Below, in pieces: positions 25,678 to 39,677 of a DNA stretch of 64,000 bases. Made by a program: the position numbers and the translations under genes. Location: positions 16,707 to 80,706 of the forward strand of contig JAKATH010000001.1 in assembly GCA_021828055.1 (NCBI GenBank). The letters run 5' to 3'. The notes under the pieces were generated by a model that saw nothing but the letters and a program-made list of their open reading frames with translations, was not told where the DNA came from and did no database searches. Source of the stretch: Actinomycetes bacterium. GTDB lineage: Bacteria > Actinomycetota > Acidimicrobiia > Acidimicrobiales > RAAP-2. How positions within the stretch are numbered: position 1 is the first letter of the stretch; each line of letters starts with the position of its first letter.

Positions 25678-26864
25678 AGGCCCAGCACGCGCCGGAGGTC
25701 GTCGACCCTCGGCGTCTGCTCCCAGGTGAACTCCTTGTCGCTGCGGCCGAAGTGCCCGTAGGCGGCGGTCCGGCGATAGATCGGGCGCCGGAGGTCGAGG
25801 TCCCGGATGATCGCCGCGGGCCGGAGGTCGAACAGCTCGCGCAAGGCGGCCACGATGCGCTCGGGGTCGACGGTCTCGGTGCCGAAGGTCTCGAGCGCGA
25901 GCGACACGGGCCTGGCGACGCCGATCGCGTACGCGACCTGCAGCTCGCAGCGGCGGGCCGCGCCGGCCGCGACCACGTGCTTGGCGACCCAGCGTGCGGC
26001 GTAGGCGGCGGAGCGGTCGACCTTGGAAGGGTCCTTCCCCGAGAACGCGCCTCCGCCGTGGCGCGCCATGCCGCCGTAGGTGTCGACGATGATCTTGCGA
26101 CCGGTCAGCCCCGTGTCCGCGTGCGGCCCGCCGAGCTCGAAGAGCCCCGTCGGGTTCGCGAGCAGCCTCATGTGCTCGGTGTCGAGGTCCTTGGGGAGGA
26201 GCGGGTGCACGACGTGCTCGGCGAGGTCCGGGAGGAGCAGCGTGTCGATGTCGACGCCGGGCTGGTGCTGCGTCGAGATCAGCACGGTCTCGATGGCCAC
26301 CGGGCGGCCGGCGTCGTAGGTGACGCTGACCTGGGTCTTGCCGTCGGGGCGCAGGTACGGCAGCACCCCGACGCGCCGCACCTGCGACAACCGCTGCGAG
26401 AACCGGTGCGCGAGCCAGATCGGCATCGGCATGAGGTCCGGCGTCTCGTCGCACGCGTACCCGAACATCATCCCCTGGTCCCCCGCGCCCTGGGCGTTCA
26501 GCTGGTCCTCGCCGCCCGAGCCGCTGCGCAGCTCGAGCGCCGCGTCGACGCCTCGTGCGATGTCGGGGGACTGGCCGTCGAGCGCGACGATCACCCCGCA
26601 CGTGTGGCCGTTGAACCCGTACGCGTCGTTGTCGTAGCCGATCTCGGTGATCACCTGCCGCACGAGCGTCGGGAGGTCGACGTACGTCTCGGTCGTCACC
26701 TCGCCGGCGACCACGACGAGCCCGGTGGTGAGCAGCGTCTCGCACGCGACCCGGCTCATGGGGTCCTTCTCCAAGAGCGCGTCGAGGACCGCGTCGGAGA
26801 TCTGGTCCGCGATCTTGTCCGGGTGACCCTCGGTGACCGACTCCGACGTGAAGGTGGTTCTCAT
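25674..26864 (-). CDS. metK: S-adenosylmethionine synthase
   Basis: [13 protein letters not shown] and [16 protein letters not shown]. Confidence 0.97.
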   Translation of the reverse strand: MRTTFTSESVTEGHPDKIADQISDAVLDALLEKDPMSRVACETLLTTGLVVVAGEVTTETYVDLPTLVRQVITEIGYDNDAYGFNGHTCGVIVALDGQSPDIARGVDAALELRSGSGGEDQLNAQGAGDQGMMFGYACDETPDLMPMPIWLAHRFSQRLSQVRRVGVLPYLRPDGKTQVSVTYDAGRPVAIETVLISTQHQPGVDIDTLLLPDLAEHVVHPLLPKDLDTEHMRLLANPTGLFELGGPHADTGLTGRKIIVDTYGGMARHGGGAFSGKDPSKVDRSAAYAARWVAKHVVAAGAARRCELQVAYAIGVARPVSLALETFGTETVDPERIVAALRELFDLRPAAIIRDLDLRRPIYRRTAAYGHFGRSDKEFTWEQTPRVDDLRRVLGL

Positions 26865-28198
26865 CAGCTCTCTCCAGTGTCTCGGACGTCGGCGTCCGGA
26901 GCGGGGCCGGCGTCCGGAGCGGGGCCGGCGTCCGGAGCGGGCCCGGCGTGCGGAGCGGGGCCGGCGTGCGGAGCGGGGCCGCCCAGCCGTGCGACCACCG
27001 CGTCCAGGACCGCGTCGGCCACCTGTCGCTTGGTCCCGAGCGGCACCTCGGTCGCCCCGCCGCCGGCGTCGAGGATGGTGACCTCGTTCGTGTCGCGGTC
27101 GAAGCCGGCGCCCGGCGCGGACACGTCGTTCACCACCAGCACGTCCACGCGCTTGCGCTCCAGCTTCCGCCGCGCGCCGGCGACGGCGTCCTCCGTCTCG
27201 GCCGCGAACCCCACCAGCACCTGCCCCGGTCGCCGCCTGGCGACGAGCCCGGCCAGGATGTCCGGGGTCGGCTCGAGGACGAGCTCAGGGATCCCGTGCA
27301 CCTTCTGGCCCGACGGTGCCTTCGGCCGGAAGTCGGCCACCGCGGCGGCCATCACGACGACGTCCGCGCCGGGCGCGGCCTCCTCCATGGCAGCCTCCAT
27401 GTCCGCAGCGGACTCCACGCGCACGGTCTCGACGCCCGCGGGCGCCGGCAGGCCGGACGCGGTCACGAGCGTCACCCGTGCGCCGCGCGCCGAGGCCGCC
27501 TCGGCGATCGCGTGGCCCTGCTTCCCCGACGAACGGTTGGTGATCACCCGCACGGGATCGATCGCCTCGCGAGTGCCGCCCGCGCTCACGACCACGCGCC
27601 GTCCCGCGAGGTCCGCACGCTCTGGAAGGCGGCGCCGAGCGTCCCCCCCACCGGCTGCGTCCGCAGACCCGAGGTCGAGCGCGGCGAGCACGGCCTCCAC
27701 GATGGTCCCGGGCTCGGCCATGCGGCCGGCGCCCTCGTCCCCGCCCGCGAGCCTGCCGGTCTCGGGGGGGACGATGTGCACGCCGCGGCGCCGAAGGGTC
27801 GCGACGTTGTCGGCCACCGCGGGATGCTCCCACATCTGGGTGTGCATGGCGGGGCAGATCACCACGGGGGCGCGCGTCGCGAGCAGGGTTGCGGTGAGCA
27901 GGTCGTCGGCCATCCCGGCCGCGTACCGCGCGAGCAGGTCCGCCGTCGCCGGCGCCACCACCACGACATCGGCGGTCTGGCCGAGCGTGGTGTGCGCGAT
28001 CCTGCCTTCGAGCGGCGCCCACAGCCCCTCGGGAACGGGGTCGGACGCCAGCGCCGAGAAGGTGGCGGCCCCGACGAAGCGGCGCGCGGCATCGGTCAGC
28101 ACGGGCGTCACGCGGTGTCCCATGTCCACGAGACGCCTGCACACCTCCACCGCCTTGTAGGCGGCGACGCCGCCGGAGACGCCGAGGACGATCCGCAC
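26864..28198 (-). CDS. coaBC: bifunctional phosphopantothenoylcysteine decarboxylase / phosphopantothenate--cysteine ligase
   Basis: [10 protein letters not shown] flavoprotein N-domain and a ligase C-domain (NRSSGKQG). C-terminal GPAP(H/D)A x5 tail. Confidence 0.93.
   Translation of the reverse strand: MRIVLGVSGGVAAYKAVEVCRRLVDMGHRVTPVLTDAARRFVGAATFSALASDPVPEGLWAPLEGRIAHTTLGQTADVVVVAPATADLLARYAAGMADDLLTATLLATRAPVVICPAMHTQMWEHPAVADNVATLRRRGVHIVPPETGRLAGGDEGAGRMAEPGTIVEAVLAALDLGSADAAGGGDARRRLPERADLAGRRVVVSAGGTREAIDPVRVITNRSSGKQGHAIAEAASARGARVTLVTASGLPAPAGVETVRVESAADMEAAMEEAAPGADVVVMAAAVADFRPKAPSGQKVHGIPELVLEPTPDILAGLVARRRPGQVLVGFAAETEDAVAGARRKLERKRVDVLVVNDVSAPGAGFDRDTNEVTILDAGGGATEVPLGTKRQVADAVLDAVVARLGGPAPHAGPAPHAGPAPDAGPAPDAGPAPDADVRDTGES
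26891..26980. repeat. tandem repeat, 18 bp x5
   Basis: GGCGT(C/G)CGGAGCGGGGCC units with 1-2 mismatches. Encodes GPAP(H/D)A x5 at the CoaBC C-terminus, 27 nt upstream of the metK start. Confidence 0.95.
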
Positions 28199-28244
28199 CG
28201 GGCGGCGACGATCCTGCGAGGCCTTCGGGAGAGCCGCCCGGGGC

Positions 28245-28601
28245 CTAGCCCGCCGGCGGTCGCTCGTCGATGACCGCGGGGTCCTCCCCGAAGGCGCCGC
28301 CCGCCACCGCCGCCTGCATCGCCTCGCTGAACGCCCGCTCCTCGCCGTCGTCCTCTTCCTCGGGCTCCCGCTCGTACTCGATCTTGTCGGCGGCGATCTC
28401 CTCGAAGGCGATCGAGAGCGGCTTGCCCGACACCGAGGTCACCTGTGGCGGGACGATCCGGCCGAGCCCCTCGCCGAGGCTGTTGTAGTAGGCGTTGATC
28501 TGCCGCGCCCGGAGCGCGCCGAGCGCGACGAGGGTGAACTTCGAGTCCACCTTGTCGAGCAATTGCTCGATCGGGGGGTCCATCAGGGTGCTACGGGCCA
28601 T
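28245..28601 (-). CDS. rpoZ: DNA-directed RNA polymerase subunit omega
   Basis: IEQLLDKVDSKFTLVALGALRARQIN. The start overlaps the gmk end by 11 nt (a start at Met7 is possible). Confidence 0.9.
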   Translation of the reverse strand: MARSTLMDPPIEQLLDKVDSKFTLVALGALRARQINAYYNSLGEGLGRIVPPQVTSVSGKPLSIAFEEIAADKIEYEREPEEEDDGEERAFSEAMQAAVAGGAFGEDPAVIDERPPAG

Positions 28602-29145
28602 CGGCGTCCTTTCCGCGGATCTTGGACACTATACCGGCCAGCTCCTGCACGGCCCGGTCCAGGTCGCCGTTGACGACCACGTGCTGCGCGAGCTCTCGGC
28701 CGCGCGCCACCTCCTCACGGCCCTTGTCGAGCCGGAGCCGGACCTGCGCCGCCGGGTCGCCGCGGGCGACCAGCCGCGCCTCCTGGACCTCCGCGGACGG
28801 CGGCAGGAGGAGCACCACCACCGCGTCCGGGCACCTCGCCACGACCTGCTCGGCGCCCTGGAGGTCGATCTCGAGGAGCACGTCGGCGCCGGCCGGGGGG
28901 TCCGGCGTCGGCGTCCCGTAGAGGTTGCCGAGGTACTCGGCCCACTCGAAGAACCCGCCCTCGGCGATCCGGCGGCGGAATTGCTCCGGCGTCGCCCACA
29001 CGTAGGCGTCCTCGGCCTCGCCCGGGCGCCGTGGTCGCGTCGTCCAGGATCGGCTCAGCCACAGATCGGGCACCCGCGCTCTGAGCGCGCCCGCGACGGT
29101 GCCCTTGCCTGCACCGCCGGGGCCGATCAGGACGAACGTCGTCAG
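28591..29145 (-). CDS. gmk: guanylate kinase (CTG start inferred)
   Basis: P-loop GPGGAGKG (29101-29124) lies upstream of the first canonical start (GTG 29073). SRSWTTRPRRPGE and EWAEYLGNLYGT. CTG 29145 is in CTGA overlap with the mihF stop. Confidence 0.85.
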   Translation of the reverse strand: MTTFVLIGPGGAGKGTVAGALRARVPDLWLSRSWTTRPRRPGEAEDAYVWATPEQFRRRIAEGGFFEWAEYLGNLYGTPTPDPPAGADVLLEIDLQGAEQVVARCPDAVVVLLLPPSAEVQEARLVARGDPAAQVRLRLDKGREEVARGRELAQHVVVNGDLDRAVQELAGIVSKIRGKDADGP

Positions 29146-29462
29146 CGCGAGGCGGTCTGTTCGAGGAGGTCGGCCCGCTGCTTGGCCCCCAGGCCCTGCA
29201 GCCGGCGGCTCTCGGCGATCCCGACGGCGCCCATGAGCCGGCGCGCCTTCACCTTGCCGAGCCCCGGAAGGGACTCGAGCACGGAGACGACCTTCATCTT
29301 CCCGACGGTCTCGTCGGACTCCGCCTGGTCCAGGAGCTGGGCAAGGGTGAGGGAGCCCATCTTCAGCCTCTCCTTCACCTCCGCCCGCTCCCGTCGCACC
29401 TTGGCGGCTTTCTCCAGCGCGGCTTGACGCTGCTCGGCGGTGAGTGCGGGGGGTTGCGGCAT
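29142..29462 (-). CDS. mihF: actinobacterial integration host factor
   Basis: MPQPPALTAEQRQAALEKAAKVRRERAEVKERLK...VLESLPGLGKVKARRLM. Position before gmk matches mycobacterial synteny. Confidence 0.88.
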   Translation of the reverse strand: MPQPPALTAEQRQAALEKAAKVRRERAEVKERLKMGSLTLAQLLDQAESDETVGKMKVVSVLESLPGLGKVKARRLMGAVGIAESRRLQGLGAKQRADLLEQTASR

Positions 29463-29484
29463 GTGCCGACTGTAGCCTCCCTGC

Positions 29485-30360
29485 TCAGGGCAGGGTGGCA
29501 GCGAGGTCGTCCCGCAGGCGCGACGCAGCCGCCCGCAGCCCCTTGGGCCCCTCGGACAGCAGCACCCGAGACGCCGACGGGAGGACGGTGCCCGGTGCGC
29601 AGCGCGCGAACCGTCGCGCCACGTCGGCCACGGTGGCACCCTGCGCGCCCAGCCCCGGCGCCAGCACCACCCCGGCGAGGTCGCTGAGCCCTTCGGGCGG
29701 GTTCCTTCCCGTCGCGCCGACGACCACTCCGACCGAGCCGAGACCGCCCGCCCGGCCGAGCTCCTCCGCGTTCCACCGGCTGACCGCACGCACCATCGAC
29801 GCCTCGACCGTGGCGCCGTCGCGGCCCACCGCCTCCTGGAGCTCACGGCCCTCGGGGTTCGAGCTCGTCACGACGACGAAGAGCCCCCGCCCCGTCGCAC
29901 GTGCGGCGACGACCATCGGGAGGAGCGCGCCGATGCCGACGTAGGGCGTCGCCGTGACCGCGTCCGCGGCGAGGGGGCCGCGGAACCACGCGTCGGCGTA
30001 CGCCTCGGTGGTGCTGCCGATGTCCCCGCGCTTGGCGTCCGCGATGACGAGCATGCCAGCGCCGCGTGCTGCGGCGACGATCCGCTCGAACGCCGAGATC
30101 CCTCGTGCCCCGTGCCGTTCGAAGAACGCGACCTGTGGCTTCACCGCCGCGACGACGCCATCGAGCTCGCGGACGCACGCCTCCCCGAACGAGAGGAGCC
30201 CGTCGGCGTCGTCGAGGAGCCCGAAGACGTCGAGGAGCGCCGGGGAGGGGTCGATGCCGACGCAGAGCGGGCCGAGCGCGCGGAGCGCGGCCCTGACGCG
30301 CTCGCCGAAGGTGGCGGTGCCGGTGGGCCCGGCGGGCCCGCGGTCAGCCGAGGGCGGCAC
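29485..30360 (-). CDS. pyrF: orotidine 5'-phosphate decarboxylase (type 2)
   Basis: CVGIDP and DAKRGDIGST motifs. Overlaps the pyrD end by 17 nt. Confidence 0.9.
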   Translation of the reverse strand: MPPSADRGPAGPTGTATFGERVRAALRALGPLCVGIDPSPALLDVFGLLDDADGLLSFGEACVRELDGVVAAVKPQVAFFERHGARGISAFERIVAAARGAGMLVIADAKRGDIGSTTEAYADAWFRGPLAADAVTATPYVGIGALLPMVVAARATGRGLFVVVTSSNPEGRELQEAVGRDGATVEASMVRAVSRWNAEELGRAGGLGSVGVVVGATGRNPPEGLSDLAGVVLAPGLGAQGATVADVARRFARCAPGTVLPSASRVLLSEGPKGLRAAASRLRDDLAATLP

Positions 30361-31268
30361 CGATCAGCTCCTCTGCGGTCGTCCTGCGCCGCGCGCACCA
30401 GCGCGCCAGCTCCTCTTGGACTCGCCACGGTGCGCGGGGGTCCGCGAACGTCGCGGTGCCGACCTGGACGGCGTTCGCCCCCGCCATGAGCATCTCCGCC
30501 GCGTCCCTCCCCGACGCGACGCCGCCCACGCCCACGATCGGCGTGTCTGGGAACGCCTGCCGGCAGTCGTGGACGGCACGGACGGCGATCGGGTGGAGCG
30601 CCGGTCCCGACAACCCGCCGGCGAACGGCGTGCGGCCGCCGTCGACGTCCACCCACATCGCCGGCATCGTGTTCACCAGCGTGAGGCCGGACGCGCCCGC
30701 CTCGAGCGCCGCCGCGGCCACCGCGCAGATGTCCGGCACCGCCGGGCTGAGCTTCGCCCACACCGGGACCCCGCTGCGCCCGAGCACGCCGGCCGCCGCG
30801 ACGACCGCCTCGGCGGTCCCCTCGGGGGAGTGGGCGAACACGTGGCCAGAGAGGTTGGGGCAGCTCACGTTCACCTCGACGGCGGCGACCCCGGGCGTGA
30901 CCTCCCCGCCAACGAAGAGGAGCGCCGCCGCTGCAGCTGCGAACTCTGCGGACGTCCGGCCCCAGATGCTCGCGACCACCGTCGCGCCGTGGGCGAGCAG
31001 CTCGGGAAGGTCCCGCGCGCGCCACTCGGCGACACCGGGGCCCTGGAGCCCGACGCGGTTCAGCATCGAGCCGCCCGCGGCGCCGTGGACGCGCATGCCG
31101 TCGTTCCCCGGCCAAGGGTACGCCGCGAGCGACTTCACCACGACCGCCCCGAGGTCGGCGAGCGGACCGTAGGCCGCGAGCTCGGCCCCGTGGCCCGACG
31201 TCCCCGACGCGGTCATCACGGCGGAGCGGAGCCGCAGGCCGCCCACCCTCGTCGCGAGCGCGCGCCGC

Positions 31269-31288
<20 letters not shown>
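30344..31288 (-). CDS. pyrD: dihydroorotate dehydrogenase (class 1-like catalytic subunit)
   Basis: [18 protein letters not shown] and [11 protein letters not shown] 31288 with GGAG 7 nt upstream, overlapping the carB end by 20 nt. No pyrK partner seen. Confidence 0.85.
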
Positions 31289-34598
<3,310 letters not shown>

Positions 34599-34630
34599 GT
34601 CCCGCTCCCTTCCGTCCGTCTCGAACCGGG

Positions 34631-35698
34631 CTAGCCGAGCATCTCGGCGAACGCGCGGAACAGGTACCTGGCGTCGTGCGGTCCGGGGCCCGCCTCTGGG
34701 TGGTACTGGACGGAGAACGCGCTCGCCCCCGCGAAGCGCACGCCCTCGACGACCCCGTCGTTCAGGTTCACGTGCGTCACCTCGGCTCCGGGGACGTCGG
34801 TCACCGCGTAATTGTGGTTCTGGCTCGTGATCTCGACGGCCCCGTCGGCCAGCCGCTGCACGGGATGGTTGGTCCCGTGGTGGCCGAACAGGAGCTTGTA
34901 CGTCGAGCCGCCGAGCGCTGCGCAGAGGAGCTGATGGCCGAGGCAGATCCCGAAGATGGGCACCTTGCCGACCAGGTCGGCGATCGCCGACGTCGGCCCG
35001 GGGAGCGCGGCCGGGTCGCCGGGCCCGTTGGAGAGGAGCACGCCGTCGGGCTCCATGGCCAAGACGTCGGAAGCCGGCGTCGACGCGGGGACCACCGTCA
35101 CCGTCCCGAGCCGTTCGAGCTGCCGGAGCATCGTCCGCTTCACGCCGAAGTCGTACGCGACGACCCGGCGCGCTCCGCTCCCGCGCACGTACGCGGCCGG
35201 CGTGGTGACGTCCGACACGAGGTCGCGGCCGTCGGTCGGCAGCGCCTGCGCGGCGGCTTCGCGCAGCGCCGCCTCGCCGGCGGTCCCGAAGGCGCAGGGC
35301 ATGGCGCCCTTGTCGCGCAAGTGGCGCGTCAGGCGGCGCGTGTCGACGCCGCTCACCGCGGGGACCCCCTGGCGCCGGAGCCAGCCGTCGAGGCTCTCCC
35401 ACGCGCGCCAGCTCGAGGGCTCCGGCGTGAGGTCGCGGACGACGACGCCGCGGCAGTGGACCCGGCCCGACTCGTCGTCCTCGCCGTTCGTGCCGTAGTT
35501 CCCGATGTGCGGGTACGTGAAGGCCACCACCTGGCCGGCGTACGACGGGTCGGTGAGCACCTCTTGATAACCGGAGAGCGCAGTGTTGAAGACGAGCTCG
35601 CCCGTCGCGACCGGCTCCGGCGAGCCGGCGGCCTCGCCCTCGAACACCTCGCCGTCGGCGAGCACGAGCAGCGCAGGGGCGCGCGCGCCCCCGCTCAC
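34631..35698 (-). CDS. carA: carbamoyl-phosphate synthase small subunit
   Basis: GATase triad region GICLGHQLL and [11 protein letters not shown] 35698 is in GTGA overlap with the pyrC stop. Confidence 0.93.
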   Translation of the reverse strand: MSGGARAPALLVLADGEVFEGEAAGSPEPVATGELVFNTALSGYQEVLTDPSYAGQVVAFTYPHIGNYGTNGEDDESGRVHCRGVVVRDLTPEPSSWRAWESLDGWLRRQGVPAVSGVDTRRLTRHLRDKGAMPCAFGTAGEAALREAAAQALPTDGRDLVSDVTTPAAYVRGSGARRVVAYDFGVKRTMLRQLERLGTVTVVPASTPASDVLAMEPDGVLLSNGPGDPAALPGPTSAIADLVGKVPIFGICLGHQLLCAALGGSTYKLLFGHHGTNHPVQRLADGAVEITSQNHNYAVTDVPGAEVTHVNLNDGVVEGVRFAGASAFSVQYHPEAGPGPHDARYLFRAFAEMLG

Positions 35699-36981
35699 CG
35701 CTGCGCCTCCGCGTCGACGACGACCGCCTCGCCCGCCACGATCGTATGGCGGTTCCTGCCCGTGAACGTCCACCCGGCGAAGGGGGTGTTGCGGCTCCGG
35801 CTCGCCAGGCGCGCCGGGTCGACCGTCCAGGTCGCCGCTGGGTCGATGACGCAGAGGTTGGCGGCGGCGCCCTCCACCACCGGGCCGCCCTGGCGCGGCG
35901 CCAGGCCGGCGATCCGAGCGGGCCGCCAGCTCATGCGGTCGAGCGCGAGCTCGAGACCGAGGAACGAGAGCACGACCGGCAGCGCCGTCTCCAGCCCGAG
36001 CATGCCGGGCGGCGCCTCGTCGAAGGGAAGGTCCTTCGCCTCGGGGGCGTGCGGGGCGTGGTCGGTCGCGATCGCGTCGATCACCCCGTCGGCGAGCCCG
36101 GCACGCAGGCACTCCACGTCCACCTCCGTGCGCAGCGGCGGGCTCACCTTGAACGTGGGGTCGTACCCGGCGCACGCGGCGTCCGTGAGCACGAGGTGGT
36201 GCGGGGCAGCCTCGGCGGTGACGGACAGCCCCTCGGACTTGGCCCGCCGGACCAGCTCGACCGAGCCCGCGGTCGACAGATGGAGGAAGTGGAGCCGGGC
36301 ACCGGTGAGACGCGCGAGCGCGATGTCGCGGGCGACCATCGTCTCCTCGGCGGCCGCGGGGGCTCCCGGCAGCCCGAGCCGGCTCGAGCACGCCCCCTCG
36401 TGCATGGCGCCGCCCGCCGCCAGGGCGGCGTCCTCGCAGTGCTGGGCAAGGGTCACGCCGAGGCCGCGTGCGTAGTCGAGCGCCCGGCGCATCAGCGCGC
36501 CGTCCTGGACGCCCGCGCCGTCGTCGGTGAAGATCCGGACACCGAGCGCGGCGAGCTCGCCCATTGGCGCCAGCCGCTCCCCCTCCCGCCCGACCGTGAT
36601 CGTCCCCGCGACCGCCACCTCGACGAGGGCGCGTGCCCCGAGCCTGAGCACCTCCTGGGCGACCGCGGCGCAGTCGACCGGCGGCTCGGTGTTGGGCATG
36701 GCGACCACCGCCGTGTACCCGCCGAGCGCGGCCGACCGCGCGCCCGTCTCCACCGTCTCGGCCTCCTCCCTCCCCGGTTCGCGCAGGTGGGCGTGGAGGT
36801 CCACGAGGCCGGGCGCCACCACGCACCCGCCTGCGTCCAGGACCTGCGCGCGGCTGGGCGCCTCACGCGCGACGTCGGGCCCCACGGCGCGGACGACCCC
36901 TCCGGCGACCACCACGTCGGCCCGCCGGCGACCGCACGCGTCCAGGACCTCGCCGCCCCGCAGCACGAGCGGGCGGCTCAC
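35695..36981 (-). CDS. pyrC: dihydroorotase
   Basis: [15 protein letters not shown] and DHAPH. GTG 36981 is in GTGA overlap with the pyrB stop. Confidence 0.92.
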   Translation of the reverse strand: MSRPLVLRGGEVLDACGRRRADVVVAGGVVRAVGPDVAREAPSRAQVLDAGGCVVAPGLVDLHAHLREPGREEAETVETGARSAALGGYTAVVAMPNTEPPVDCAAVAQEVLRLGARALVEVAVAGTITVGREGERLAPMGELAALGVRIFTDDGAGVQDGALMRRALDYARGLGVTLAQHCEDAALAAGGAMHEGACSSRLGLPGAPAAAEETMVARDIALARLTGARLHFLHLSTAGSVELVRRAKSEGLSVTAEAAPHHLVLTDAACAGYDPTFKVSPPLRTEVDVECLRAGLADGVIDAIATDHAPHAPEAKDLPFDEAPPGMLGLETALPVVLSFLGLELALDRMSWRPARIAGLAPRQGGPVVEGAAANLCVIDPAATWTVDPARLASRSRNTPFAGWTFTGRNRHTIVAGEAVVVDAEAQR

Positions 36982-37892
36982 GCCGCACCGCCGAGCAGCA
37001 GGAACAGGACGGCCATCCGGACCGCGACCCCGTTGGTCACCTGGCGCGTGACCACCGCCTGGGGCAGGTCGGCCACGTCGCTCGCGATCTCGACGCCGCG
37101 GACCATTGGACCGGGGTGGGTGACGACCGCGTCGGGGTCCAGGAGCTGAGCCCGCCGAGCGGTCAGGCCGAAGCGGGCCGTGTACTCGCGCAGCGTCGGG
37201 ACGAACGCGCCGCTCCCGCGTTCGGCCTGCAGCCTGAGCAGGGACACGACGTCGGCTTTGGGCAACTCCGCGTCGAGGTCGTCGCCCACCTCGACCGGCC
37301 ATCCCTCGAGGGAGGCGGGCAGCAGGCTCCCCGGCGCGACGAGGGTCACCGACGCGCCGAGCGCGTGGTAGGCGAGGACCTGGGACCGGGCCACCCGGCT
37401 GTGGAGGACGTCGCCGACCACGAGGACCCTCAGCCCCTCGATCTGGCCGCGTACCTGCCGGACCGTGAAGCAGTCGAGCAACGCCTGGGTCGGGTGCTCG
37501 TGCCACCCGTCGCCCCCGTTCACCACCTTGCAGCGCCGCACCCACCTGCTCACCTGCACGGGCACGCCGGCCGACGCGTGCCGAACGACGAGCGCGTCCA
37601 TCCCCATCGCCTCGATGGTCTCGACGGTGTCCCGGACCGACTCGCCCTTCTTCACCGAGGATGCGCCGACCGAGAACGAGAGCACGTCGGCGGACAGGCG
37701 CTTGGCCGCCGTCTCGAAGGAGAGCCGGGTGCGGGTCGAGTCCTCGAAGAAGAGCGTCGCGATCGCCTTGCCGCGCAGCGTCGGGACCTTCCGGATCGGG
37801 CGCGTCCCCACCTCGGCGAAGGCCTCCGCGACGCGCAGGACCTCCTCGATCCCGTCGCGTCCGAGGTCCGACACCGAGAGCAGGTGTGTCAC
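36978..37892 (-). CDS. pyrB: aspartate carbamoyltransferase catalytic subunit
   Basis: STRTRLSFE and [11 protein letters not shown] 37892 is in GTGA overlap with the pyrR stop. Confidence 0.95.
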   Translation of the reverse strand: MTHLLSVSDLGRDGIEEVLRVAEAFAEVGTRPIRKVPTLRGKAIATLFFEDSTRTRLSFETAAKRLSADVLSFSVGASSVKKGESVRDTVETIEAMGMDALVVRHASAGVPVQVSRWVRRCKVVNGGDGWHEHPTQALLDCFTVRQVRGQIEGLRVLVVGDVLHSRVARSQVLAYHALGASVTLVAPGSLLPASLEGWPVEVGDDLDAELPKADVVSLLRLQAERGSGAFVPTLREYTARFGLTARRAQLLDPDAVVTHPGPMVRGVEIASDVADLPQAVVTRQVTNGVAVRMAVLFLLLGGAA

Positions 37893-38473
37893 TGCAGGGT
37901 TCCGATCGTCACGCCGTCCTCGGACACGTCCACCATCTCGTCCCGGCGGGTCGGGAGGTTCTTCCCGACGTAGTCCGGCCTGATCGGGAGCTCTCGGTGG
38001 CCGCGGTCGACCATCACCGCCAGCTGCACCGTGCGCGCCCGTCCGAAGTCGCTCAGCGCGTGCAGCGCCGCCCGAACGGTGCGCCCGGTGAACAGCACGT
38101 CGTCGACGAGCACCACGGCCTTGCCTGTGAGCTCGCAGGGGATCTCGGTCACCGCCTCGGGCAGCACGGGCCGGAGCCCGATGTCGTCGCGGTAGAAGGC
38201 GACGTCGAGGGTCCCCGTCGGGACGTCGGCGTCCTCCGCTTCGCGCAGCGTCTCGGCGATGCTGCGGGCCAGCGGCACGCCGCCAGTCTGCAACCCGACG
38301 AGCACGACGCCGTCGAGGCCGCTGTTGCGCTCGGCGATCTCGTGCGCCATCCGGACGAGCGCGCGGTGGAGGTCGGCTGCGGAGAGGACTTGGGTCCGTG
38401 GGACGAAGATGCGGCCGCGGGTGTGACTGCGCTCGCGCTCGGCCAACGGTCCTCCTGTCCGTACGGGCCTCAC
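37889..38473 (-). CDS. pyrR: bifunctional pyrimidine operon regulator / uracil phosphoribosyltransferase
   Basis: [17 protein letters not shown] and PRPP motif [13 protein letters not shown]. Alternative TTG start 38446 sits 4 nt after AGGAGGA. Confidence 0.9.
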   Translation of the reverse strand: MRPVRTGGPLAERERSHTRGRIFVPRTQVLSAADLHRALVRMAHEIAERNSGLDGVVLVGLQTGGVPLARSIAETLREAEDADVPTGTLDVAFYRDDIGLRPVLPEAVTEIPCELTGKAVVLVDDVLFTGRTVRAALHALSDFGRARTVQLAVMVDRGHRELPIRPDYVGKNLPTRRDEMVDVSEDGVTIGTLQ

Positions 38474-38522
38474 GGGACCCGCTTCACGGTCGAAGGGAGA
38501 CTCTACCCTGCGGATCCGCCCG

Positions 38523-39023
38523 TCAGCGCACCTGCGCCGCGACCGTGCGCAAGATGCCGTTCACGAAGGCGCCGGACTCCTCGGTGGAGTAGGTCTTGGC
38601 GAGCTCGACCGCCTCGTCGAGCACGACGGCCGTCGGGGGCCCCTCCGGGTCGAGCAGCTCGGCGACGGCCATCCGCAGGACCAGGCGATCGACGACGGCC
38701 ATCCTCTCGAGGGGCCATCCGATCGACGCGGCGGCGACGAGCGCGTCGGCGCGGACCCGGTGGCGTTGCACGGCGGCGACGAGATCGGCCGTGAACCGGT
38801 CGGGCGGGACCGCCAGCGCACCCACGACCGCGGCCGGCGCCTCCCGCTTGAGCTCCGCCTCGTAGAGCAGCCCGAGCGCGCGTTCGCGCGACTGGTGCCT
38901 CGTCGGCTCGTCGGTCGGCACGGTCGCTCGTAGCTCGTCGGTCGGCACGGTCGCTCGTGGCTCGTCGCTGTCGGTCGGGGCTCGTCGCCCCGGGTCGGGC
39001 CTCGGCCGTTCGGCCTCGCGCAC
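38523..39023 (-). CDS. nusB: transcription antitermination factor NusB
   Basis: [14 protein letters not shown] ... [25 protein letters not shown]. Repetitive N-terminal extension, start uncertain. Confidence 0.88.
   Translation of the reverse strand: MREAERPRPDPGRRAPTDSDEPRATVPTDELRATVPTDEPTRHQSRERALGLLYEAELKREAPAAVVGALAVPPDRFTADLVAAVQRHRVRADALVAAASIGWPLERMAVVDRLVLRMAVAELLDPEGPPTAVVLDEAVELAKTYSTEESGAFVNGILRTVAAQVR
38906..38980. repeat. tandem repeat, 27 bp x2 plus a degenerate third copy
   Basis: GCTCGTCGGTCGGCACGGTCGCTCGT(A/G) x2. Encodes (E/D)(P/L)RATVPTD repeats in the NusB N-terminal extension. Confidence 0.9.
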
Positions 39024-39038
39024 GTCCGCCGGGCCCGC

Positions 39039-39599
39039 TCAGGCCCGTGCCAGGTACTCGCCGGTCCGGGTGTCGACCCGGATCGACTCCCCCGGGTTGA
39101 CGAACAGCGGCACCTGCACCACGAGCCCCGTCTCGACCGTCGCGGGCTTGCGGGCGCCCGAGACCCGGTCTCCCTGGATGCCCGGCTCCGTGGCGGTCAC
39201 GGTCAGCTCCACGGCAGCGGGAAGGTCGACGCCGATGATGTCGCTCCCGTGCATCTGGAGGTAGACGGCGTTCCCCTCCTTCAGGTAGCTGGCGGCGTCG
39301 CCGAGCGTCGGGCGGGCCACCTGGATCTGCTCATAGCTCGTCGAGTCCATGAAGACGTACTCGTCGCCGTCGCGGTAGAGGAACTGCATCTCGTGCTTGT
39401 CGATGATGGCCTGCTCGATCTTCTCGTCGGCACGGTAGGTCTTGTCCAAGACCGCACCCGTGCGCACGTTCTTCAGCCTCGTGCGGACGAACGCGCCGCC
39501 CTTGCCGGGCTTCACGTGCTGGAACTCGACGACGGTGAAGAGACCTTCGGGGAGGTCGAGCGTCATGCCGTTCTTCAGGTCGTTGGTGGAGACGGGCAT
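39039..39599 (-). CDS. efp: elongation factor P
   Basis: KPGKGGAFVRTRLKN, 186 aa, full length. Confidence 0.97.
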   Translation of the reverse strand: MPVSTNDLKNGMTLDLPEGLFTVVEFQHVKPGKGGAFVRTRLKNVRTGAVLDKTYRADEKIEQAIIDKHEMQFLYRDGDEYVFMDSTSYEQIQVARPTLGDAASYLKEGNAVYLQMHGSDIIGVDLPAAVELTVTATEPGIQGDRVSGARKPATVETGLVVQVPLFVNPGESIRVDTRTGEYLARA

Positions 39600-39677
39600 C
39601 GGGTCCTCTCGGCGCTCCTGTGCTCTTGGCTGCTCTGTGCTGCTCCGGTCGCGCTCGGCGCTCGCCTGCCCGCGTCG

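Noticed and set aside
26891-26980. Possible CRISPR arrays, considering this and the other repeat arrays
   Set aside because: The units are directly adjacent with no unique spacers, are only 9-36 bp long, lie mostly inside coding frames, and no cas genes are present.
38447-38522. PyrR-binding attenuator hairpin in the nusB-pyrR spacer
   Set aside because: Small hairpins can be drawn (CCCUUC-GACCGU-GAAGcGGG and GUCCCGU...ACGGAC). I could not match the PyrR binding-loop consensus (UCCAGAGAGG-like) with confidence.
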